The notes under the pieces are model-generated. The model saw nothing but the letters and a program-made list of their open reading frames with translations. It did not search any database and had not been told where the DNA came from. Source: Octopus bimaculoides (taxonomy: Eukaryota). From it: a stretch of DNA of 35,978 nucleotides. The position numbers and the translations under genes were made by a program. The stretch covers positions 25,184,880 through 25,220,857 of the forward strand of contig NC_069006.1 of assembly GCF_001194135.2 (NCBI RefSeq). Reading direction: 5' to 3'. Below are positions 23,589-35,119 of the stretch, piece by piece (position 1 is the first letter of the stretch; every line of letters starts with the position of its first letter).

Positions 23589-24877
23589 CACACACAAGTA
23601 TACATACATATTCACAGAATTATATACATACAGTTTAACACACACACAGACAGACATATATGTATGTAAGTTCATACATAAAATCTTCTACGATTTCATA
23701 CAAAGGAAGAGAGAAAAAGAAAAAGGAGAGAAAGAAAAAAGATTGGAACCAGCGCCACATCTCTGAAAGTAATTGATAAAATGACCTGTAGACTAACAGA
23801 GAAGAAAGCTTTCTGGCTGAATGGCTGCTGACATTAATTCTATAATAAACGCGATGACTTTCCATAGGCCGTTAATGATATTTGAATAGAATATTTCCTG
23901 TCCTCTTTATATATAAATCATATTGAAATTAGCAGCCAGTATCCTGTAAAAGTCGCAATTAACATCTCGAGCCGGTTTGCAGAGAGAAAGAGCTGCAATA
24001 AGCACCGACCTGCAGTGAAAGCAGCCATTTACAACTACGATAAACACCAAAACAGTTCTTCAGTTTAGCGGCAGCGGTGTGGGGGAAGGGAGGTGGTGGG
24101 GCATAAGCGAGGCGTGTGTGAAATAGTAGCTAATAGATCGATATTTCTTGAAAATATTTTTAGCGTTCTTTCAATGGTCTGAGAAGGTGGAAGAGGAAAA
24201 AAAAATAAATAAAATAGAACTGTAATTATTCTTCTCTTTGGTTCTCGTTGGAATACAAGATAAGTCGATCTCTAAGGAAATGGTTTCTGAAGTAGCACAA
24301 AGAGAACCGAGTGGAAAGGTAAGTTTACAGCAAATATTTTAAAACAGGGAATAGTTAAATGGGTTTAAGAAAAAGGTCCTTTAACCTTACCCCATACCTT
24401 AATACAAGGTCCCAACATAAGACAGGCACACAAAATTTGTACAACTAACCCTAAAAAATTCTTCAAGGTGGTGCCCCAGCATGGCCGCAGTCTCATGACA
24501 CAAGCAAGTGAAAGATAAAAGATACACACACACACACGCACTCGCATACACACACCCCTCATGGACCTGTGATGCTAATTCTTGGTTCCGCTCTGTGAGG
24601 AATAATTCAAATCACTCCATATTCTGGTTCCAAAGAAATTCAAAGAAAAAACAAACTGAAATATTTTCAGATCATTTCCAAGACAAACTTCAATTAGTGC
24701 CGTCTTGGGTAAATAGAAGAAGCACTGCAATAACAGCCTGGATGTTTTTCTAAGAGATCAGATAATACAAAAAATGATACAACCACATCAAACAACAAAA
24801 CTATTTATTTACATTATGTTCACATTTTCTCCTCTCTTTCTCCTAACATTCTCCCCCCCCACCACCACCACCACTAT

Positions 24878-25000
24878 CTCCACTCACAAGACTGTGGTTG
24901 GCCAAAGGGTAGAGTAGAAGAGATTTGCACACAGTGCCATGCAGTGGGACTGAATCTGGAACCATGTGGTTGGGAAGCAAGTCTCTTAACCACACAGCCA
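24878..25000 (-). mobile_element. SINE family B copy
   Basis: ccactcacaag...gtgccatgcagtgggactgaatctggaaccatgtggttgggaagcaag...ccacacagcca. Confidence 0.75.
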
Positions 25001-25047
25001 TGTGTGTGTGTGTTTGTGTGTATACACACACACACACATAAACACAC

Positions 25048-25314
25048 ATCATCATCATCGTTTAATGTCCATTTTCCATGCTAGCATGGGTTGAACGATT
25101 TGACTGAGGACTGGTGAAACCGGATGGCAACACCAGGCTCCAATCTAATTTGGCAGAGTTTCTACAGCTGGATGCCCTTCCTAACGCCAACCACTCAGAG
25201 AGTGTAGTGGGTGCTTTTACGTGTCACCCGCACAAGGGCCAGTCAGGCGGTACTGGCAATGGCCACGCTCGAAATGGTGTCTTTTATGTGCCACCCGCAC
25301 AAGAACCAGTCCAG
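25048..25314 (-). mobile_element. RTE LINE 3' UTR copy (runs into gap 25315-25590)
   Basis: Colinear with 5361-5640, e.g. catcatcatcgtttaatgtccattttccatgctagcatgggttg and tttctacagctggatgcccttcctaa. Confidence 0.85.
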
Positions 25315-25723
25315 NNNNNNNNNNNNNNNNNNNNNNNNNNNNNNNNNNNNNNNNNNNNNNNNNNNNNNNNNNNNNNNNNNNNNNNNNNNNNNNNNNNNNN
25401 NNNNNNNNNNNNNNNNNNNNNNNNNNNNNNNNNNNNNNNNNNNNNNNNNNNNNNNNNNNNNNNNNNNNNNNNNNNNNNNNNNNNNNNNNNNNNNNNNNNN
25501 NNNNNNNNNNNNNNNNNNNNNNNNNNNNNNNNNNNNNNNNNNNNNNNNNNNNNNNNNNNNNNNNNNNNNNNNNNNNNNNNNNNNNNNNNNAAGAGAGAGA
25601 TGAGTAAAACCAAACTATAGAGTCAATAAAGCTGAGTTTGAGTCAACAGTTTGAGTCTCCTCTCAAGCTGACTAAAAGGGCCACATTATTTTATAGGATT
25701 CCTTAAAACACACACACTATGAT

Positions 25724-26276
25724 CGGAACTGGATTAACCATTAAGCAAAATAAGCACATGCTTAGGGCAGCAAAGAAAGGAGTGGGGGGCACCAGAGAAA
25801 TGGTAAATTGCTTATGGCACAAAAGAAATTACTTTAAACTTGCTAAAATAAACATTATTGAGTGTGCCTTTCCAAATTGCCTTTTGTATATTTTTATCAT
25901 TAAGGGTCACAAATTGTTCAGCTGAACCTTCATTCTCTCAGTTGAAGTATATTAAAAATCCCATCAGAACACCTATGCAACGAGGCAGGCTGGATGCCTT
26001 ATCTCTGCTAAGTATAGAAGCAGATGTGTTACACAAGATTAAAAAAAGGAACTGATCAAAGAGTTTGCAATTTTTCAAAAAATAGGAGAAAACTTTTCAA
26101 ATATAAATAAGATATAAATATACAAAAATAAACATTATTTCCCATTTTTTGTTAGTTTTGTTTCATTTTGAAAAATAGAAATTTATTTCATCGTTTATAT
26201 TTTGCTTTACATCTATAGGGGGACACCAAAATCTTTCAAGTGTTTAGGGTCCGTACGGGGTCTTAATTTGTCCTTG
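25724..26276 (+). mobile_element. Internally deleted hAT DNA transposon (553 bp) retaining the transposase C-terminal dimerisation domain
   Basis: Degenerate TIRs cggaactggattaa (25724-25737) and ttaatttgtccttg (26263-26276), with flanking 8-mers actatgat and actatgac (7/8 identical). The frameshifted remnant reads ECAFPN/IAFCIFLSLRVTNCSAEPSFSQLKYIKNPIRTPMQRGRLDALSLLSIEADVLHKI/ELIKEFA, matching the hATC pattern (T.ASAERSFS.LK.IK..LR..M...RL..L..L.IE). Confidence 0.85.
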
Positions 26277-26319
26277 ACTATGACCTTCTATGGAATTCTG
26301 AAGACCGAACTTAGTCAAC

Positions 26320-26485
26320 CAAATTCACCCCAGTACTTGACTGGTATTTTATCTTACTAACCTTGTAATAAAGGATGAAAGGCAAAGCTGACCTTAGCGA
26401 GATTTGAACTCGGAGCTTAAAGAGCCGGAACAAATACAACACATCATTTTATCCACTACACTAACGACTCTGCCAAAGCACCACC
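26320..26485 (-). mobile_element. Diverged SINE family A-like copy
   Basis: ccccagtacttgactggtatttta...aaggatgaaaggcaaagctgacct...atttgaactcggagc...ctaacgactctgcca. Confidence 0.7.
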
Positions 26486-27268
26486 CTCACCTCACTAACA
26501 ACAACAGCAACAATGACAAGTATAAATATTTAATTTAAAGCCTGACAGCCTTTATTTCTAATTATCAATAAAAGGCAATCACAGTCTGAACCTTTCATTT
26601 CGCCAACGTACCGCCAACACTAATTCATTTATGTTGCTAAGCACGGAGCGAATTAGAAATAATGTTTCCATAAAATTACTAGCCACAAGCTCAGAACAAT
26701 CTTTCGGTAATCTTACAATGTAATTTACAAGACAAAATTCCAAATGTATTGTCTATTAGTGGAAGTATGCTAAAAGGAAGGTGGCTATCATGGAAATTTC
26801 TTAATCACATCACGATACCATTCATTAAAATCTATCCGATAATATATATCAACTGATTGAGCGAATCTGAAAACGAACGACAGCAATCTAGCTGACAACA
26901 AGCAATGATACTGTAATGGAATAAAAGTTTTAAAGCAATTGAGCCGAAATTTAGCTCTGTATCTCTCTCTAGGTCCGGCCAGGAGAGTTTCGCTCCGGGA
27001 GCCATGGACGGCGGAGTCACTAATTTATAGCAATCCATTTTCCTCTCTTTTTTTTTCTTTCTTCACTGTTGGTGATAAAGTGCGGATGCTCAGAAGATAT
27101 TATGGCTTGTGATAGTCCAATTAACTTCACAAGTAGCCTATTACCACAAGAAAATCATTAAATAATAAAGGTGATATGGAAGGTTTATTTATCAGAGTCC
27201 AAAATACTAACAAACTAGTATTTTGTTGATCCATCAATATATATAGTGTATATATCATATATCTCTGC

Positions 27269-27299
<31 letters not shown>

Positions 27300-28422
27300 C
27301 ACACTTATACATGCATCTCTGTGTATATGACATCACCCATAAATGATGTCATTTAACAGACTTTTGGTCAGAAGCTATGACAAACTAACGGTTTGGTATT
27401 CCGTGTTAAAATATGACCAATTTCAACAGAACTGATAGAATCTCACTTATCTGCTAAGTATTTTCTGTTGCTGGCAGCCAGCCTGCAGGACTATTACGTT
27501 AGTACCGAGCTACTGCTGTCAGCCAGGGGAAACGGTTAATTCTGAAGAAATCTCTTCTAAAGCTCTGCACTATATCTATCAACACTTCCTGATTTGATAG
27601 AACGGTACCGACATAAATGTCAAGTAAATGGTATCATGGAGAAAAGCAATTTCTGTGGTAATAAAAGAAAAAGATGCTCAACGCCGACCATTGTAACCGA
27701 TTGAGTTTGTTTTATGACTTTTAGGCCTTATTCATTGGAGATAATAAGATTTGCAACCAATCGTGCTTTTATGAGTGATTTTAGACTATTTATTCGAGCA
27801 ATAAAAATTTATCAGCAGACATCTCCAGATGACTTCACTTTTTATCTGATATACAGACAAATCTGAAATTATTATATCTACAAGAAGAATGCAGGCTTTC
27901 AACAGAAAGATGAATGAATGCATTAAAAGAAGAAGAAGAAAAAAGCACTTCCCCCACTAAAACCGCTATTACCTCCACCGCCACCCTGAATATCAATATC
28001 AATATCAAAGATGGTCGTACCAAGAGAAATAAATTCTTAAAACTTAAAAACACTAAAAATGATTCTGTGGAAATAAATATATAATTTATGGATCAAAAGG
28101 TTGAACAGAGTTGAGTTATTCACGGAGAGGCCCCACCGCCGATGGTGTTGGACTCAGACTACAAAAACGGTCTTAAAAGTTTCCGACAAATTATGCCAGT
28201 TCATAAATCAGAATGTTTTTTCTTATTCAGAGTCAACGCCATGTTTCGTCATCTTCAAATTGAAACAAAATGTCTAGGTAGCAAAAACAAGACATCAAAG
28301 CAATGGTGTAGCAGCAGAAGCAGCAGCAGTAGTAGTAGTAGTATGGGGGCATCTGCTGTAACAGCGTGTTGCTGCATCTTACTACTCTGCACGGACCCTA
28401 CATCAAAAATATATTATTATTA

Positions 28423-28549
28423 AGAAACCTTGCCAGATCGGACTGGAGCCTGGTGTAGCCTTCTGAATCACCAGCCGTCAGTCAAACAATCCAACCCATG
28501 CCAGCATGGAAAGCGGACGTTAAACGATGATGATGATGATGATGATGAT
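28423..28549 (+). mobile_element. RTE LINE 3' tail fragment
   Basis: agaaaccttgccagatcggactggagcctgg...ccaacccatgccagcatggaaagcggacgttaaac followed by (gat)n. Confidence 0.8.
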
Positions 28550-29444
28550 TATGGTTGGATTCAGGCAAAGTGAGACTGGCACACATTAGAAATAGGTAAT
28601 AAACTGGTTAAGAAGCCAAATTCGGATAAAGTCCAGCGGATACTGTTTTAGTTTTGTTCCAGATTCATTGAAAAAGAGAAACCTTATTGATTCGGAATCA
28701 ATACGAGAAGGAGAGAAAAGATTGACTCCAACAAACTGTCACTGCAGATGCATCAAATATCAATAAATAAAAACGTTCAGTAAATAGTAAGCTTTTAAAT
28801 CATGGAACCTGAATGAGAGCAAATTATACACACATGCACACACAGATATATACATACAGATACATATATACATATACAAACACAGATATATACACAGGCA
28901 CATATATAGATACATATACAAATATATACGTATACACACAGATACATATAGACACACATGTACACACACACACACATGCATATATATATACATGTACACA
29001 TATACAATTGAAAATTATACAAAAAGCATATATTTATATCCATACATATATGTGTATGCACACAAACACACAATAACAGAAAATCCAAGACTTGGATAGC
29101 AGGGAAAACTGAAGAATTCACAGCAGGAAATTGGTTGGCATTGAAAACTGAAGAATTTACGGGAATTCATTCATTCGTTCATTTAACATTCTTTTATTTA
29201 TTCATTCATTTTTTTTTCCAAGCGAGCATGGGGTTAGATGGAAAATGATTTAAAGCAAGATTTGATAGCAGGATGCTCTTCCTGTCACCAACTCTTATCT
29301 ATTTTTCAACTGAGGTTTTTTTTTCTTTTTGTATTCCACAGGTCTTTGAAAGTGCAGAAATATCACTTCCAGCACTGCTTTGCACTTTTAGGCATTGGAG
29401 AGGCACTTCCTCAGACTTGCATCAAAGGCGTGTTATTACACACA

Positions 29445-29605
29445 ATGTGCTTCTTTCAGTTTCCATCTACCAAATCCACTCACAAATCTTTGATCGGCCC
29501 GAGGCTATAGTAGAAGACACTTGCCCAAGGTGCCATGCAGTGGGACTGAACCTGGAACCATGTGATTGAGAAACAAGCTTCTTACTACACAGCCACACCT
29601 GCACC
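29445..29605 (-). mobile_element. tRNA-headed SINE, family B
   Basis: cttctttcagtttccatctaccaaatccactcacaa...gctatagtagaagacacttgcccaaggtgccatgcagtgggactgaacc...ctacacagccacacctgcacc. Related copies lie at 31-104, 21436-21557, 24878-25000 and 35120-35253. Confidence 0.8.
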
Positions 29606-29938
29606 AAGGGGAATATTTTTCATAACAGAAAATTAATAAAGGTGTTGTAATTATTATTATTCTTTTTTAATAAAAGTATCTGAATACCAATAAAACAAAG
29701 AAGAGCATTTTTTTTGTTTTATTTTTTGTTTATTCCATTTTAAATTTGTCACCAAGTAATTTTGAAAGCTAAAATAGCTGGGCTGCTACATAAATTGGCC
29801 TAATTGTCTTATAAAAGGTTAATTAATAAATAGTCCACATTTCATAACAACAAAATTGGAGAATGAAGAGAAGAATTTTCTGCCAATTAATCTAATTTTA
29901 TTATATTATTATCAAACAACAGTTGTAGTAAAATTAGT

Positions 29939-29970
<32 letters not shown>

Positions 29971-30572
29971 TTAACTTCAAAGTCAAAATCATCTGCCTAC
30001 ATACACACATATACGTATGTGTGATATATATATATACACACACATACACATTTATTAGGCTTTTTACGTTTAGCAAAACAACAATGACAATTAATGAATC
30101 TGTTCTGAAGACAATTTAAAGTTATTAACAACGAATGTGTTAAATCAACTTAAATAAACATGTAAGTCTCTTATTTTGCAAACGTCCTAATTAATGACAT
30201 CAATTAATCGATTGTTAACCCTAATGACTTTAGAGGGAAGGCAAATGGATGCTGCAGCATCTGTGATGCCTTTTATACAATAATGATAACCAACCAAAGA
30301 CAAGCATGCACCTGGCCACCTACATTGGAGCGAGAGAACAACAACTGTTTAGATAAACCCTGAAATATGACAGGTACTAATTTATCAATGATCCAAGGAT
30401 GAATGATGATGATGTTGGCTTTAGCTGGATCTGCTACCTACAACAACCCTTTTACAATAACTGTTACTAGCGCAAGTACAAGGGGCTGCAGGGATGGGTA
30501 CCCCTGATCCCAGTAACTGACTCGTTCCTTATTTTTACCGACCCTGGCAGGATAAAAGGTAAAGTCAGCACT

Positions 30573-30808
30573 GGAAATATTTCTTTATTGCCCACAAGGG
30601 GCTAAACATAGAGGGGACAAACAAGGACAGACAAAGGGATTGAGTCAATTACATCAACCCCAGTGCATAACTGGTACTTATTTAATCGACCCCGAAAGGA
30701 TGAAAGGCAAAGTGGACCTCGGTGGAATTTGAACTCAGAACATAACAGCAGACGAAATACTACTAAGCATTTCACCTGGCATGCTAACGATTCTGCCAGC
30801 TCACCACT
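30573..30808 (-). mobile_element. SINE family A copy with an alternative 3' tail
   Basis: Same head and core (atcgaccccgaaaggatgaaaggcaaagtggacctcggtggaatttgaactcagaac). The tail reads gtttgtcccctctatgtttagccccttgtgggcaataaagaaata in element orientation. Confidence 0.8.
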
Positions 30809-30843
30809 GGAATAAATATTGCAACGGTTTTTGCAGTGATGGT

Positions 30844-30934
30844 GGTGCCTATGACAACAGGTATTGTTTTAGTCTTCAGGTTCCACATTTTGCTAATTTC
30901 TATTTCAAGATCTTTATACTTGCTCAGTTTTTGG
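30844..30934 (-). mobile_element. Internal fragment of a restriction-like-endonuclease (RLE) non-LTR retrotransposon, R4/Dong-like
   Basis: Translates QKLSKYKDLEIEISKMWNLKTKTIPVVIG, matching the K..KY.DL..E...MW......IP.V.G motif at the C-terminus of the RLE domain of R2/R4-group elements. Confidence 0.7.
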
Positions 30935-30971
30935 TAGATATTATTATTATTATTATTATTATTATGGTAGA

Positions 30972-31014
<43 letters not shown>

Positions 31015-31216
31015 TGCCATCATCATCATCATTATCATTTATTGTTACTATTTCACAGAGACATCAAGTCACCAGTTTCAGCATTTCAATGTTCTAATTA
31101 ATAATTTTATTGGTTCGATCGTTACAAACATTACATGGATCGTTAGTTTAGGCATAAATAGCAAAAGCAAAAAGACAAAACCATTCCTGGAAAGGAAAGA
31201 AAACTAAGAGAAAAAT

Positions 31217-31266
<50 letters not shown>

Positions 31267-31884
31267 AAGAGAGATTGTAGAAATGTTAAAATTGATTTCG
31301 AATAACACAAAAATTATTATGGAACTTTGGAATCAATTTGAGTTAATAATCGCAAAATGAAAGAATGGTTTCTCAGAAAGCTCCCAAGACAATTTGTCAG
31401 TGAAGAAATATCTTATCAAAACTACAGCGAATGGAGCTAAAAATGCCGGCTGTTTGTCAAATCATTGAAAACGAAGATGGATGAAAACGAAGGAGAAGAA
31501 CAAAGTGAGTGCTTAGGGAATATGCGATGCCAGTCATATCGGAAATGGATCTACTGCTGCAGTGGTAATATTCTACAGCTCACATTATCTAAAAGAGCAT
31601 TGTTTCTTTTTGTTCATCGATGAAGTTTAGGAATAATTCCTTCCAGAAACAGCAGATTTATCCATCTATGAGAAGCTACACTTGTACAGAAACCAACAGA
31701 GGAGCATCTACATGGTGAACCTGCTAGAAATAGCAGCCAAATTATTTTCCACTGTCTTTAAAAAACAAAAAACAAAAAGCTAGTTTTTACTCGTTTGCTT
31801 CATTCATCAGATTACGGCCATGCTGGAGCACCACCTTGAAGGGTTTTAATATCAGTCCTTTTTTTAAATCTAGTACTTATGTCA

Positions 31885-32050
31885 GTGACCTAAATTAAAA
31901 CCTTCCATCAAAGTTTCATGTTAATTTATATTACAGACACCAGCATAATAACAACAAAGTTATTTTAATAAATTCTTTGTCATTTTCAAAAGTAATTGCA
32001 ACAAAAGGCAGTATATATTCCAACAGAAACATGGCAACAAAAAGGGTTCA
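31885..32050. mobile_element. Probable second MITE family with an aaagggtt-type end
   Basis: Ends in caacaaaaagggttcaa, similar to the other MITE termini. The internal sequence differs and I did not locate a left TIR. Confidence 0.35.
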
Positions 32051-32953
32051 AGAGCAACATTTCCACTCTCCACACGACCGGCCATTTTGCCTGCTTTTGT
32101 TCCTGTTGTAAGAGACACACAGAGCCACGTTTAATCTAATCGACTACAGCCGCCATACTGCCTTACTACGGAGGAGGACCGTAGTACTGTTGTCGTCTGG
32201 TCTCTCGTCAGTGATTCAATGAACATGTCTCTGAATAATCAGAGTCTAACACTCACTCTCTCCGGATACTTTTATTTCTTTTGTTAACAATCAACTACAT
32301 GTTCCAAACATCTGGCTGGATAGTACCCCCCTCCTCCATCAGTAATGTTGCTCTAGCCATCATCAAATGGCTGTTTCCATTCTTAACATCACTCTAAAAG
32401 AGACAGTTTTCTTTGATTGAAAGCACACTTTGCCCTTTCTCCCCCCCCACACACACACACACATTCCAACTATTTTTTTTTCTCAGAGACTTTTTTATTT
32501 TAATTTTATTATTTTCTTTCTTTTTCTTTTCCTTCGGTCAGGTCACGTACCAATCGTACCAATCGTAGTTTAGCCACATCTCTTTAGTCATTCATAACCT
32601 CAGCTGCAAACAGTGCCAAGCTGGAGAAAATGTCAGAGCAAATTGCCACCAAATACCAACAAATTAACAGAGAAATGGGAGACAGCTTATTTACAAACCA
32701 CCACATCCTCTGATGCTAAAACGATTTGGGGAACTGCGCCTGTTGTGGTGCTGCTCTCATTCAGTTCTTCATTCCTTTCCTCTCACACAGATTTACTCTC
32801 ATCAGAACGTCAATGCATAACTTTATAGAAATCATAAGACACGAGTTTCAGACACAACAGCTCAACCCTTTAGAATGCAGATTCTTCTGTCAACTGTAAT
32901 GCTTATTTATTCAGATTGCTTTTAATCAATCCTGCATCATCTTGCAGATTCAA

Positions 32954-33331
32954 GAGGCAAGGTGGCTGAGCTCCTTTCGAGCAGGCCTCACGGAGGCAAG
33001 ATGGCCGAGTTCCTTTCGAGTGTTGGGCCTCACGGAAGCAATGACCAAGACCTTTGGCATTATGTCATGCTTGAGAAGAAGAAGACCCATCAAGCCGAGC
33101 AAAACTGCAGCCATGGCAGATACCAGTGACAAGCAAATGGCACCTGTGCAGGTGGCACATAAAAGCACCCATTCCACTCTCAAAGTGGTTGGTGTCAGGA
33201 AAGGCATCCAGCCGTAGAAGCCATGCCAAATCAGATTGGAACCTGGTGCAGCTCCCCAGTCAACTAGTCTTCAGTCAAATTGTCCAATCCATGCCAGCAT
33301 GGAAAACAGATGTTAACTGATGATGATGATG
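32954..33331 (+). mobile_element. 5'-truncated RTE LINE copy with duplicated 5' end and (GAT)n tail
   Basis: Reverse complement of the 5361-5860 segment. It encodes VLGLTEAMT (compare MLGLTKAMT) and ends ccatgccagcatggaaaacagatgttaactgatgatgatgatg. Confidence 0.8.
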
Positions 33332-35119
33332 AAAAACTTTGATCAACTGAAATTATCCTCCTGGTAATTAATGAAGGAAAACTCCCTATAGGGATAAACA
33401 TCAAAGGACATGACTCTAATAAGGTCTGCTGATTGAAATTTAGATGGAAATATAGACAATGCAGATTGGAGAGGGTCTGGATTAAGACTTAACTTGTATG
33501 AGACCGTACCAGAAAGGGGAACATCAGTAGAGCCAGTATTGAAACACATGATATCACAAGAACCATACTAACCTTCTTTACATTCATTTCAGAGGAAATG
33601 AAGGTAATGTAAGGGAGAAAACTCTAATCCTTACTGCTATCATTCATTTCTGTTCTGCAACAGAATCCTTACAGCAGGGGGGTGGAATAACTTGGAAATT
33701 TTCCAACAAGACTTTTATAAAGTTGAGACAACTGATGTTAAGCGTAAGTTTTTTTTCATGAATATTAAGAAAGTGAGGAAACAAGACACTGATTCTGGAC
33801 AAACCATCAATGGAAGCAAAGAGTCGGGAGCAAAGTAACCGTAGTAAGAAAAGAAAGGTTGACAACATCAATACTGAGTAAATAAATAAAACTGGTGATG
33901 GCAACACATAGTAGGTGGATGAGATATCAGTCAAGAGAGAATTTACAAGGAAAAACACAAACAATATCAACAACAAAAATTCCGGGCTTTAGAAAACAAC
34001 ATTGAAACCAAACCTAATCACAAAGAAAAGGGAGTTAAAATAAGGAGGGGAAACCATTTTTGTTTTTCCTTTTTATCCCCCCACCCCCATCACCACTCCT
34101 TGAGCTTTCTCGGTTTACATGTCTTCAATGTAACCTAAATGGATTGAGAAATTGTTGTAAAACAGTGAAAAATTCAATTTGAAGTTTCTGGTAGTTAAGA
34201 AGAAGCTGAAAGAGAAGTCTGTAGTCGGATCCAATTCATCAAAGAGGAAATAGGGTTGAGTGAGGAGAGGCGGGGGGGGGGTAGGAGTTAATTAACAGAG
34301 AGAGCGAAACCACAAGGAGTTGAGAAGCAACACAAGGCAAACATCAGTGAAAAGTTAGCTTTTTAACACATGGATCACACAGCAAGAGAAGCAGCAAATA
34401 GCTCCTTCCTGAAGTAATTAGCAGCTAATCAAAGAATGGGGTTCATGAGTCTGAAAGAATTCGGTGGGCACACATCAACACACACACACACACGCACGTG
34501 CATACACACATGAATATATATATATGTATATATGCATTTGTAATATATTCATATATATATATGCATGCCTATATATACACACATATAATATGCATGCATA
34601 TATACACACATATATACATATAAACATACACACAACATATCTATGGATGTGCATACACACACTTGGAATCTGTAAGACGATCTTCCAGCCCAATTCTCAA
34701 AAGGATTATTCCTGATTGCAGCAGCGACTGTCTTGGAGTAAATTGTTAATGCTGCCAGTAGAAAAATCTTATTAGCTTACATTACAAGTAACGAGGGTAT
34801 CTGGTTATGTTTTTATCAAGCAGAGGGGAGGAAAGATTTGTATTGACACGTACACGAGCTTGTTACATTAAAACATCACCGTTGACGACCAGTTAGCACA
34901 AGGGAACCATAAAATACGTCTCGCTACATTCTCTAACATCTCCTCAAAGAAATGAACCACACACTGCAGGCTTATAGTGCTGCCACCACCACCACTGGTT
35001 TTGCATCCAATTTTCTCATTCTGGCATAGGTTGGACAAAACATATTGCTGAAGTATTTTGCAGCTGGATGCCCTTCCTGACTCCCACACTTGTTGAGGAT
35101 GTCATCATTGCTTTGCTAT

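Larger units (their letters stand above)
7351..25590. other. Six assembly gaps: 7351-7417, 9620-9681, 10327-10494, 13148-13157, 13417-14211, 25315-25590
   Basis: N runs. Five abut homopolymers or microsatellites and one interrupts an RTE copy. Confidence 1.

Noticed and set aside
24260-24318. Plus-strand 59-nt segment ending in a perfect AAG|GTAAGT donor
   Set aside because: The acceptor is weak, the peptide (KSISKEMVSEVAQREPSGK) is unrecognisable, and there are no partner exons. Such motifs occur by chance.
28685-28703. Palindrome tattgattc-g-gaatcaata; also gatgctgcagcatc at 30248-30261
   Set aside because: Arms of 7-9 bp are expected by chance in 36 kb, and there is no supporting context.
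29104-29157. 15-bp direct repeat gaaaactgaagaatt separated by 24 bp
   Set aside because: Too short to assign. Probably slippage, and there is no recognisable insert.
33664-33743. Plus-strand 80-nt segment between cag| and |gtaagt
   Set aside because: No recognisable peptide or compatible partner exons. An antisense transcript cannot be supported from sequence alone.
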